Below are positions 34,472 through 46,404 of a DNA stretch of 64,000 nucleotides, piece after piece. The stretch's first letter is position 1; every line of letters begins with the position of its first letter. The notes beneath the pieces are model-generated. The model was given only the letters and a program-made list of their open reading frames with translations, ran no database searches and was not told the origin of the DNA. The stretch is from contig JAKMXF010000332.1 of the NCBI GenBank assembly GCA_024704765.1, positions 1,047,080-1,111,079 of the forward strand, given 5' to 3'. Position numbers and translations under genes: made by a program. The DNA comes from Oopsacas minuta. Lineage: Eukaryota > Animalia > Porifera.

Positions 34472-37380
34472 CACTGTGGGCAAATATTATATCCTCAAAT
34501 AATAGAAAAATTCATTGAATTCTATTTACCTTAGTTTAAAACTCAGAAACCAAGTAATTGAATTTGTACTACCTCTAGTTATAGAATGCCTCGTTTTATG
34601 AACTAAGGACATACTTTCCAATTTTCGAATAATTTTGCAGTTACATAATTGTCATCTTTCTACTTCAGAATCTTGTATCGAAATACATAGTGATTATTAA
34701 TTCGTTATGGCATATTATTCTGTATGTATTCTACATATATAACTTAAATGTAGAAAGTAATTTATGATTATATTCACTAAATATTTTGGTTTGTGACCTA
34801 AGGACTTTACTCAAGATCGGAAGAATTATTTTGCCAATTTAGTCCAAAGAGTTTTAGTGAGCAGTCGTGAGCATAATTTTTCTATTTTATGAGCTAGCTT
34901 TAATTTACGATACTCTCCAGACCCCCAAGCCTCCCAAAATTCTAGTATTCCATTTGCTATTGACAACCTCAGAATAATTCATAAAAGTATGAGAATTTAT
35001 GTACAATTTTTTCTTCTATATTGTGTACAACTTAGAATGAATATCAAAGAAGCCTATGTTCTTTTGAAGTCTAGTTCTTCAATCCGAGCTTTTTCTGCAG
35101 AGTTTGTCACTAATTTTCAAGTACCAGATAGTGATTTTCATACCATTTTCAGAAATTTCCATGGACTGAAATCTAACTGAGAAAATTTCTTAAACGAAAT
35201 GATTTAACCACCTGGAAAGTATGCTGTTCTACTCTTATTCAATTGACAGTCCTCCTAAGAGGAGATTTTCTGAAGATACAACAATCTTTGAAGCCGAATA
35301 ATCGAATAACTTCAGAAAATCGATTTCTCAATTAACTAACTAGGGATTGAAAATTCGATTATTCTCTAGTATATCTCATCGAAACCTTAGCTTTACAAGA
35401 AATTGTTGATAGTAAGACAATTGCATCATATGCCTATACTTGGTTTCTAGTTCCCAGCGTAATTTCGCAACGGCTTCCTATTTTAGAGAGATCATTTCAG
35501 AAGGCTCATTTATTTGGGGTACCCAACTTTTGCCTATTGTAAAATCGGTTTTTCTCCTCGACCAACTCCAGATAGGAATGTCAAAATACATCGTTTTAAG
35601 CAAACTGTTAAAATCCGAAAATATCCTCACCACTCCGTATTTTGATGTTTCCCACTACCGTACAGAAATTACAATATCAAATGAATTATAGTTTATAATG
35701 AATCAAAATGAGCATGCTATTGGGGATTCGCATTCCATATTGTAGGATTTTACAACAAACCCTGTCAAGATTACTTACGATACTTCCCAAAATACATGAA
35801 ACTCAATTCCATGAAGCATTAAAATATCAGATTGGTTAGACGATTCTGTTTCTCATCAAGTCAAAACCAACTTCAGGAAATCCCAGTATCAATGCAAAAA
35901 ATTTCCTCTTATCCGCCTTTAAGATTCTCTCTATTCAAGATTGCTCTGACCGTGAAATCTGGGTTATCCCAACTCCTAATTCTTGTTATCAAATTAGACT
36001 ATCGCATTATTGGTTATTAGAGAGCACGAAGAGAACGTGAAACATCCAATGGATTCCTATATCAATCCGGAAACGAAATTGATAGAACAACAAGGATATT
36101 GGTTAAAACAAAGTGGGATATTTAGAATTAAAGTACTCCGCACAATGTTCGATGGGAAAATGTCAGGCATTCTGACAGGTGCAGCAGGTACAAAATGTCA
36201 ACTGTGTACAGCTACCTACGATCAAATACGTGATCTAGAATTGGTTAAATCTGGCTTTCACATCAACCGAACTATTTCAGCTGCCAAAGAGATATTTTCT
36301 CAAGTTAACAAGGAAGAATATTTAATACTTCCACGTTCACAAATATTTGGCTTAACACATGCGCCCATCTCCGATTTAGACGTTGTTTCTGCATCTCTCC
36401 TTCACTCATACACTTGTGTTTTCCGCTCGTTCATGTTACTTGTTTATCATCTGCATTCACGTTCGAAAAATGGTCACCAACGTGTGCTAAAGTGAAAGAT
36501 TCCCCAAAGTTTGTAACAAGTTATTTGAAGGGGATAACTGGTTTGAAAATATATCAACCGTCAAGGCCAGGGGGATCCACTTCCATCAGTAATATCTCGC
36601 GAAGTTGCTTTGAGAACAAAGAAAATTTTGTCTACTGGATTACATATTTAGTCCAATATCAATATCGCCATTCTTGGAAAAGATACCAACCAATCTCTGT
36701 CATTTTGCATATCTTTGGCTGTGGCAGAGAAACAGATACTAAACAACTTACCTTGTTTGCCATGAAACGAATTGTTTATATTAACCAGTCTGTGTTGGTT
36801 AACATTAGTCCATCATTACATAAACTGTTAGCTCATAGCACGAAATGGATTAGAGAATATACCAATAGATGCGGTTGGAAAACTCTATCTAAGAGGGTCT
36901 TGAATCTTGCAATAAGTTCATTTCATGTACTGTGAGGACGTAGCTTGTAAATTGCATTTACTTCCTTTACGAGTGACATAATGGTTCCTCTTCTCCCCCA
37001 AGTGATCCTATACTTAACACATTTCTAAAGGTGGTAAAATGTAAGAAGTGCGGGGAAATGAGCTACAATTGCAAACTAAAATGCAAAACTACTACCACAT
37101 TAGAACAAGATCAATTATTCAACTCCATAGTTATTGAATATTGTTCTTAGGATGTTCTAAAGTTTGTGCTCGTCGGTTGTTTTTGAACTATTACCATTAG
37201 ATAATATTATTGTTAGTCATGGTGATTACGTCATAGATATGATTAGAAGCCGTACATAAATTTGGGATATCCAATTTGTTCGGAGGGGTCTATATGACTT
37301 ATGCAAATAATACATTGTTTATGGCTAGGAACAATGGAAATGCCTGTTTCCACTTGATCAGCCTATTTTCTCCCGCTGTG
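34472..37380 (+). mobile_element. Second Transib/RAG1-like transposon, heavily decayed
   Basis: Ends CACTGTGGG and (reverse complement) CACAGCGGG; 5-bp TSD TAGTC on both sides. ORF remnants ~35037-37020 include RKSISQLTN*GLKIRL, MFDGKMSGILTGAAGTKCQLC, ASLLHSY and SPSLHKLLAH, homologous to the first copy. Confidence 0.87.
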
Positions 37381-38519
37381 TAGTCATATACAAAATAAAG
37401 AAATTTCCATTATCTCGAAAAGAATCAATAAAATCAAATGGACTATATTATTTTTGAATAGGACTATTACGGAAATATTGTTAAATAGTTTAGAGCCATC
37501 GCAGTCGTAGTTTCTATTGGTTCAACAAATGAAAACAAGTTGTATTAGCAACACAAGAACGTGTCCACATTCCTTTCATACCAACCTTTTTTGTCAAATT
37601 CACTACTCCCTCTTATCATTATATACACCAATAAAGCGTTGAGGACATTGAACTTGCATCAAAAACAGTTTGAAAAGCCACGATTTTGGTTCTAAAATTA
37701 GGTTTTGCGAAAGCGTATTGTGAGATATCATATTTTTGACTATTGAAATGCATACTTCGATAGCATATCCCTATATGCCATTAATACATACCTAAGCTCT
37801 ATTATATGCATTTCTCGAAATATGTGGTAAAAAAATTTCCTCTGGCCTACTTGTTTTGCAGCCTAGTCGGGAAAATACAGCCGTAGATTGTCGAAGCCAA
37901 GGACGCAGATTCTGAATAATTGGCCTGGGATATGCTACCAGGCTGACAAATACACAGTGTGATTGTATAATTCAAGATCTATGCTTCTGGCTCGAATAAA
38001 TCTACTATATTTGTGGAAGTGAAATTTATCAAACATAATATGTTAATGTGTTCTTGATTTGTTTCGGTACCAACTTCACCTCATTCTTAGTGTCTACTCT
38101 TGCCTCTCTTGAGTCCAGCCAAACTTTCTGAAGGAGGTTGCCAGGGGCCTTTGATAGCCAAAACGGTCTCGAGTTAAGTATTTTTCGGACCCTCGTTATA
38201 TTTCATGACTATATTGGTTCTTACACTTGGATTAACATTACTTATTGCACAAAATTGTCTAGAAAGTCTACCAGTGGGACAGCATAAAAGTAGGGGTTAC
38301 AGGCTTGGACCCAGGAATTTGGGGTTCACAATTTTCACCTTAACGAACGTTTTTACCAGGTATTTCCTCCTAGAACAATTTTTGTTCTCTAAAACTGCAC
38401 ATAATTATCACTATAGTGTTTGTTTAGAAAAATACTATCCGAATCGTATCATTGAATATGTCATTACGCCTCGTAGACATCAAATTTGTTCTAACCATAG
38501 TGTTCACTCTTGTTCTATT

Positions 38520-38660
38520 GAGAATTGACTGCCATTGAGATTGTCATTCGTGATAAAAATCGTTTATGTGCCATTTATTTGGATGGAGCTAGTGATATGA
38601 TCGGGTACAGAGGTGGCCGAGGAGTAGTTTATCCTTACGGTCAAACCGTCTTTTCAATAT
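38520..38660 (+). pseudogene. hAT transposase fragment
   Basis: LCAIYLDGASDMIGYRGG resembles the hAT 'xTDGAxxMxGxxxG' catalytic-D motif. Confidence 0.45.
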
Positions 38661-39503
38661 ATTTGCAGGAAGACTTTGTAAGTAAAAACGGATGGTTAAA
38701 TGTTTCGACATAAATTCAGGGTTGCCTTGGGGATAGAATTTCAAATCCCATACGTATTCCATTCCCACATGATTACTTTTGGAATTCTCAAAACTTAACT
38801 GAGCAGGGCTCAAATTTCACCTGTATGCCAAAGACCAGCCCTTGTGAAATTTGCATGTAACATTTCTGGATAATACACCAGCTAGCCACACTGATCGATC
38901 GTCCACCACACCCCTTTTAACCATTTAGGAATATGTAATCGTCATCGGTAGTTTTTACTGCTTCTTGGTACTATTTCACTCAGAACACATTACTTGAATA
39001 AGAGTATTTGCTAATAGGATAATCAACAGCGAAATGATCCTCTCACTCCTGGATATAAAAGATCAAAAGATTCACTCAATTGTAATTTCAGACAAAGATT
39101 GGTCGCAAAATAGCTGCGTAAATTTCTATTTGCTCACAAATTTAAGATTCCGGGAATTATAAATTTTGTCTTAAAATTGTACAACAACAGGTAGATATAG
39201 ATATCGTTTAATGAATTGAAATATTTGAGTTTATGAGACGAAGTTTCTTACAAATTTGTATATTAAACCAACAACCTTAAGGCATTAATAATAATCAAAT
39301 ATCACATGAAAAACCATCGTTGGCTGAAAGTATTGACTAAGCTCATTATGAAGATATGCGTAGATATTAGAGGAAGTAGCAATACATATTAACTCTAGAT
39401 TCTATGGTTAAAGTATATTTACATTTGAAAATATAAAGGGGAGTGGGGGTTATCAGAAGATTCGCTGCCCCGATCTCCCTTACTTATAGAGGTTTACTTT
39501 ATG

Positions 39504-39803
39504 TAGGGCTGAAACGAAAATAGAGAATGTTCGAATGTTCTTTCGATATAAAATACACGAATATTGGTTAGATTCAAAATTATCCATTCGAATGTTCTTT
39601 TTAATGAACTACATATGTGTGCATTTATTCATAAGTGGCTATTTAGATAATAATGATAATAGATCATAATAGCTAAATATAATTATCTTAATTTCCATTA
39701 TGATAAACTAAATTATAGACAAAAATGAACGATTATTTGAATATTCGTACGGTCATAAAATTTGAATGTTCTCTTTCATCACGAACCTCAGACTTCACCC
39801 CTA
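39504..39803. mobile_element. Possible hAT MITE (TAGGG termini, internal GAATGTTC repeats)
   Basis: tagggctgaaac at the left and reverse complement taggggtgaagtc at the right. No TSD match. Confidence 0.4.
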
Positions 39804-40019
39804 ATCGGTTAAATTCAACTTAGTTTAGCTTGAACTTGACCCTTACTGACCACCACTTAATTTATAACTTAATACTGTATTTCGAACTTAATGCGTAACT
39901 TCTCAGTGATTACCACGGCGGCAGTATTAATCTTCAAGATGAAAATACTCCAAGCATATATTTGGTTATCCACTTCCATTTTGCTTAATACTGTTGTTAT
40001 AGTGCCACGTTGAGATGTT

Positions 40020-40203
40020 CCCTGGACCCGTGGTACTAGGGTGATATGTCCTCCAGACTTGTTGCACTAGGGTGAGCTGTCTGGTGGGACTCCTCACCCT
40101 AGTGCCAGATATCAGCTGAGCTGCTGGCCCTAGGATCAGAGGTCCTAAGGGGGGACCTCACCCTAAAATGGGGACTTCTCACCTGAGTGCCAGAATTTCG
40201 GGA
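40020..40203. repeat. Cluster of direct and inverted CACTAGGGTGAG motifs (MITE-like)
   Basis: actagggtga twice in forward orientation and ctcaccct(agtg) three times in reverse, within ~180 bp. Confidence 0.55.
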
Positions 40204-41090
40204 ACGCATGCCACTCATGCAGTATAAATGCAATTATTCTACGCCTATGTCCGGTTGGCATCATTTTTCATCAACATACTGTGTATAAATGGAAACTTGC
40301 TCGCGCTTACATATATCCTGGATCTCCTCCATTTGAACATCCCTCTCCAGCACCATTTTTTATCCATTTAGAGTTTTCCAGAGGGTTTGATTTGCTCTGT
40401 CTATGAATTCGCTTGTTTGAAAGAACCGTAATCAAATGGCGCAAAGTTTTGTTTCGTTTTTAACGTTCAGTTTCAACTAGCTGAAAATCAAGGACCACTC
40501 TCGCTTGAGGTACTCTTACAGTCCTTTACATATTGTATGGTATGTTATCCGGGAGCTTTTCTAGAGTTTACATCATCATCAGTCGTTTGCTTTTCTCAAT
40601 GATCGTCTCTTTCGTACTACTAGCCAGCTAGCTAGCTGGTTAGTAGTTCTGGGTGCCTTACAGAAGGATAGAAGCAATGTTTGATTAAATTTAGTTCAAG
40701 TGTAGAGCTTGCGTTTCACTAATTCATAAAACATGAGATGAAGGTTACAGGAATATATTTGTGTATTTTTCAATTTCTATCAAAACGAATTCCCAAAAGA
40801 TACATTTATAATACTGCATAGTTCACGAATTGATCCAGAATCATACCATTCCGGGGCTTGGCCTGCACCGGTATGATTCTCCGATTTGGGGAAGTCCCGA
40901 CGGACCCAACATGGTCGACGCCTATTAGAGTATATGATATATTCTTAGAGTCCAGGACTTGTTTTGTGGCTCTATGCTATTTTTCCAATTTGTTGATGAT
41001 GATGACTTTAATTAATACTCTTTCCATTTTCAAAGATTTTGTCACCAAGCATTTTTTACTTTGTTTATATTCTCTTTTCTCTTGTTTTAG

Positions 41091-41709
41091 TCCCCACCCA
41101 AGAGTCTTTGAAAGATGGTGTTAATATTTCACCTGGCGATTCTGACGCTTATATATTCTTGATGTCGTTCAAACAGTTCATGATGGAACAAGATGACTCA
41201 ATTGATGAAGTCGAATCAGTGAATAAGTACAATCTATATAAGCAAAACATTTCTGCTCAGTTTATCTCATCATATTTTGAGGAACATAAGGCCCAACAAT
41301 GGTTTCAGGAGAAGTATCACCCATTTATTAGTAACCAGATAAGTTCCACGAAGAATGTTACATTATGTCAACGTTTTGTTTCTTTTTGGTTTTTATATGA
41401 AAATTCTTTACTTGATAATATCTCTCTAGATATTGAAAAATTTTCTCGAGTTGAAGGTTTACTAAATTTGTCGGTTTTATTGATGGATTATAATATAATT
41501 AATGATGGATCTCTGAACATTTCTGATGTACACCGAAAATTTTTAGAAAAGTTGAAGGTTCTTGACTCCAATGATACTATAAAACCTGATACAACTACAT
41601 CTACTTTGAATTCGGAAGATGGAGAGCTCAATGAACATTTAGTTACTGAAAAGCAAATTTCTCTCGAAGACTATATGTTGCCTGAAGGTTCTGATCCTAT
41701 TTTCACAAG
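41091..41709 (+). CDS. SRRT: SRRT/ARS2 exon 2 (SERRATE/Ars2 N-terminal DUF3546-like domain)
   Basis: MSFKQFMMEQDDSIDEVESVNKYNLYK..YFEEHKAQQWFQEKYHP..RFVSF..LDNISLDIEK matches ARS2. Polypyrimidine-TTTAG acceptor is phase-compatible with exon 1; donor AAG|GTTTCG, phase 2. Confidence 0.92.
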
Positions 41710-42529
41710 GTTTCGCTTACTCCAATTTTTTTGACTCATGAATGTTTTGTGTTCACTTACATTCTATCATTCATTCTTTCAGCCTTCATAATATGTTGAT
41801 AGAATCACTTTGGCACTACCATGATTGTGCTAAATTCGTGGATTATGTTAAATATTTTCGAAAAATTGTTCCACTATTTTCCCGAATTCGAGGCAGGCAA
41901 TGTTGATATATGCACCAAGTTTGCCTCCCTAGGGGTGGAGACTGTATTTATGCGAATTTACATAGAGGTAGCAGCAAATTTGCATGATAGACCTCCAGGA
42001 ATGAATAAGATTCCTAAAACCTGGCGCCAATGAGTACAGATTATATCATATTGAGCCGCGCAGCGAACACAACCACTATAATACTTAGAGCATATGCGTC
42101 GAGAACCACCCTAGCAGCGTATATGTTCTAGCGGTCCAGTGGACTACCCGGAGTTTACACTGACTTAGCATATAACCCATAAGATGGATATTTTTCTTTT
42201 ATTATATCTGACCAAACCTACTAAAGACAAGTCCTGATCATTACTTTTGACCAGGGATAAAATAAAGTGGCTATTTTATGTTGGTAAATTCTTTAATCAC
42301 CATTATTTTTTAATTGGTAAATTTTCACCCGAATAAATGTTTTATTAATATGTAAGAATTCGCAGAAGCCACATTTGTCAAACTTAGTGAAATGACGTCA
42401 TTTGTTTGCGCAATTGGCAAGTATTTATTCACAAATGGCACTCTGTTTAACGTAAATTAATAATCTATTTTCAAATTGTTGAAATACCAAATAATCCAAG
42501 AGCGTTTCTGTACATAATATAAAAATATT

Positions 42530-44280
42530 GTCATGATAAAGTTCCAGCCTTTCTGAGTTATCGGACAGACCATGGATTGTATGTATTTGTTGATATCCTC
42601 TTATAGCTCGATAATCGGAGAAATTATGGTCAAATCAGGATATCCATTTTATTGTTTACACCCAACTTCCCATACCCTTGTGATACATTTTGATATGCTA
42701 TCTCTGAACAATATGACATGATTGTGAATATGTCCGTATGATCATTTTTTGAGATTTCCGGAATAATCTTGATAAATACCATATCTAATTGTACCACAAG
42801 GGTATGGAAAGTTTGGAGTATGCATGGTGTCTCAAAATTCTTGTCATCCTCAATGAAATTTTGTTTTAGAACTTAGATTCTTCAATGCCCATATCCTACT
42901 ATTCATATTACGAATAGGCACTATACTATTAAACCTATCATTCAATGGAAATTTAAATAGATTTGTCCTTGCCATTGAAATCAATTGAAAAATATATTTC
43001 TCTGTCTAACATCAGAATGGATGTCAAAAATACGAAATCAGATGTAGGAAACTGAGCAGTAGCTATGTTGGAAGCTTGCAAAACGAAAGTTTATGTTACT
43101 AAGGAGTTTGAGGAATCTATCCGAACAGTAAACACTTAGTGACAATAGGAGAAAAGAGATGAAAGCCTTGAACATCGACAGGGTACTGGTCGTCCCTAAA
43201 CACTTTCTAGAGTATCGAAGATCTCAATCTCAAAATCTTTGGGAAAACGACGCCAGCCAACACGATTTGGCCATGAAAATTACAGCAATAAGTAATCCTG
43301 TCTCTAAAGACACAATTCACCTGCATTTAACCAGTGTTGTCAAAGCCAAGTCGTATATAATAGCAGAACACCCCAATTTGTCTGAAGTTCAGAAGGCGAA
43401 TAGAAAAATTTCTGCTAAGATAAGAATAATTGGTCAGTCGAAGACTTGAAAAACCTTTAGTCAGACGAATCCCCATTTCAACTTTTACAATCAAGTAATC
43501 ATCAGAATGATCGTATTTGGGCGAAAAACAATGTGAATGTTTCATGTCAAAAACGGTCAAATTTCCTCCTTGATGCTATGTGGGATGATAGACTCCTTAG
43601 CCCTCTCTGATTTACATTTTTGCCTCCTTAGCAGACAATTAATGCAGGATACTGTGTGAAAGAAATTCTCACAAAGGTTTGCCTACCTTCGCTCAAAGGG
43701 AGATCTTCGATAGATACCATTTTGGAGAGGAAATTTGCCTAACATGTCTAAATCTGTTTTCATGCAGGATGTTGCCCCTGCTCATACTGCCATTAGGAGA
43801 CAAAAATGGTGCCGTCAGAGCCTCATTTCATTCTGGGAAAAAAGGAATGTCCAGGAATCTCTCCTAACCTTAACCCAATCCAAAATCTCTAGTCGATCTT
43901 GAAATCTAAGCTTGAAGAGAAGGAAGTTGCTATAATCTCGAGGCGCTAAAATTTCTATTGAATTTAGTCTGTTCAGAGATACAGCCAAATAGTTTGGAAA
44001 GATTAGTGGGTGGGATGTCTAGTCAATTTCAGTTATGTATACAGATGGGATGAGATTATATAGGCAAATTTTAGGTCTATTAATGCATTAGTTATATTTC
44101 TATAACATATAGTCAGGGGACAATAATTTTGAGACACCCTGTACTTTAAAATGGCTATCCTGATTTGTCAATAATTTCTACCGTTATCGAGTTATAAGTG
44201 GATATTGACAAAACATGTGACATCCATGGTCTATGCGATAACTCAGAAACATTGGAACATTATCACCACAATTCCCTAAT
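42530..44280. mobile_element. Foldback/MITE with long imperfect inverted arms, interrupted by Tc1
   Basis: Arm ~42540-42650 (tttctgagttatcg..gaccatggat..ctcgataa..aaatcaggata) against reverse-complement arm ~44150-44265. Inner hairpin 42663-42690 against 42790-42815. Confidence 0.65.
42823..44141 (+). mobile_element. Tc1 transposon, heavily decayed
   Basis: TIR CA(G/T)GGTGTCTCAAAATT(A/C)TTGTC at both ends, TA on the right. Remnants include LAMKI..NPVSKDTI and FMQDVAPAHTA. Confidence 0.85.
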
Positions 44281-46133
44281 CGTTAGTAGGCTATGATCTG
44301 ACATTAATCTCAAGGCAAGAGCCTGTTGAGTTTCGTAAATTTGAAGAGTGGATTCAACCTTCTAATCCAATCCCCAAATGGCTGAATTTATCACCCACAC
44401 AAAACTTTCCCTTAAAAATGGCATTTTTCGCTGTTTTAGCGAGGAATTGAGCACATTTTGGAATTTTTGTAATGAAAAATTATAAACATTCGACCTCACT
44501 CCTTCCTAACTTTTGTTTTTATCTCTTCACAGAGCCGCCAGGTTTATTGACCTATCAGGGCGAATGAAGATCGTCTGAACTAACTAATGCAGCTACTTCA
44601 TTGTAGCTCAAAGGATTGAAGGAGTTACTCACATTTGTATAATATTTTTATTTCATGAATATTTTGGTTTCCATCGCACTGAAATCTTTCTATATTCGAG
44701 ATAATTGTGTAGAATTGTATGAACACTTCTTGATGAGATGTCTAGGATTAGGGCAATCTCTTCAACGCTCAAATTGGGGTCAATATCCAATAGTTCAGAA
44801 TTTGAGAGCCAATTTCTGGGGTGGTAGCGGAAATTGGTCTTCCGGTCCGAGGGGCATATTCAATGCTGTCCCTACCAGCGCTTAATTTATGTGCCCATTC
44901 CTTTATAGTAATATTTGCTAGAGCTTTTCCATGATAAACGATGACAGGATCCTCATGTATCTGGAGTGGTTTGTCAACGAGTACGGTGCGAATCTTTATT
45001 TAAGCTCGTTGTTCGGTTTTGCTTGATATGTGTTTTGAAGCCATGAGAAAGTTGACTCTCGAAAACAGGTAAAATTGAGAGTAGGATAGATCAAGATATA
45101 CGTATAATTGCTAGAGTTAATTGCTCAACAACATTAAATATTTAATCGATAGGTCTATTAGGATATTCTATGCATTTCATCTAATAGAGTAGAGTTTGGC
45201 TGCTATAAACAAAGGATGGGTACTTTTTGAATGTACAAAGTAATATATACTATTCGAATATTACAAATGATTCTATCTCTTTTTGCTTGAAGAAGAATAT
45301 ACAGCAATTCCTTTAATGATTCTATGAGTCTTCAGAGAATTTTGCCAGCGGACATTGTAAATTGATTGTTTCTCGCAAATAGCGGATATCCTCACGTCCT
45401 AATCTACTCTCTCCAATATTGTTTCCTGAAACCCTCATCCAAAGAGATATAACCGTGCATTCCTGACGACTCGTAAACAATCAATGCGTATTTGGCCTGT
45501 GGAAATGTCGATGGAGATCGATAAGTAAGACTGGAGAGATACAATGTTATAGTTCGGAGAGAGTTTGTCGAGTAGTGGTAGCAACGATGGTTGCATAATA
45601 TTTGTATCCAACACATGGATTGCAATGGGTAATTGAATTGGCTGATGGATTAGTAGAAGATCAAGTCGTCTTACCCTTATATTCTAATTTAGTCCATTTA
45701 TCGGTCATAAATAATTATATTTATTAGTGCGATTTGTGGAATAGCATTGAGATATGTGTATTATTATTATTAGTATTATTATTATTATCAATGTATTAAG
45801 ATACTTCAAATACTACATGACTTAATCTTTATCCTGCTGTTGGAAAAAAGAGGAATTGTCGGGAATATGTTTGCTACTGATATCCATGTTACAAATGACT
45901 AGATTGCCGAATGGGAGGTGGTGGAATATGTTGAATTCCAGAGCAGCTACTGGATATCAGCCGGGAAATCAATTTGTTCTATTTTTAAACACTCATTTCC
46001 AACTGATCCCAAATCCTATCTATTTTACTCTTCAATTTCCCAGCTAAATCCTCCAATTTCGAATTTTGCTATTCAGTATCTCTATTTTTTCACTTCGTTT
46101 TGAAGAATTCTTTCCTTAACAGGTCGTACTTAC

Positions 46134-46404
46134 ATCATCAGTAAATTTCGTTTTCCTAGGTGTCTTCATTTCCAATGCAGACTCAGAACTCAAAATATTG
46201 CTCCTTTTTTGAAACCGTCATTTTTGGTTCTGATATTTCCATGGTCTCGAGAAATGATACTTTCTCAAATAGCTTGTTTATCTTCGAGTGTTAATGTCGT
46301 ATTATGTGCTCTAAACAATTTCGCCTTATTCTCCAAAACTAAATCTACTAGAGAATTCATTTCTGGTTTCAAAAGTTCTTGGCTCGAGTTTTGAAATTAG
46401 ACAT
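46134..46404 (-). pseudogene. Myb/SANT-like DNA-binding (Myb_DNA-bind_5/Harbinger-type) coding remnant
   Basis: With one frameshift: MSNFKTRAKNF-KPEMNSLVDLVLENKAKLFRAHNTTLTLEDKQAI*ESI. Followed by a GTAAGT donor. Confidence 0.6.

Noticed and set aside
42100-42160. tRNA or tRNA-derived SINE (tagcggtccagtgg)
   Set aside because: No B-box or cloverleaf could be built.
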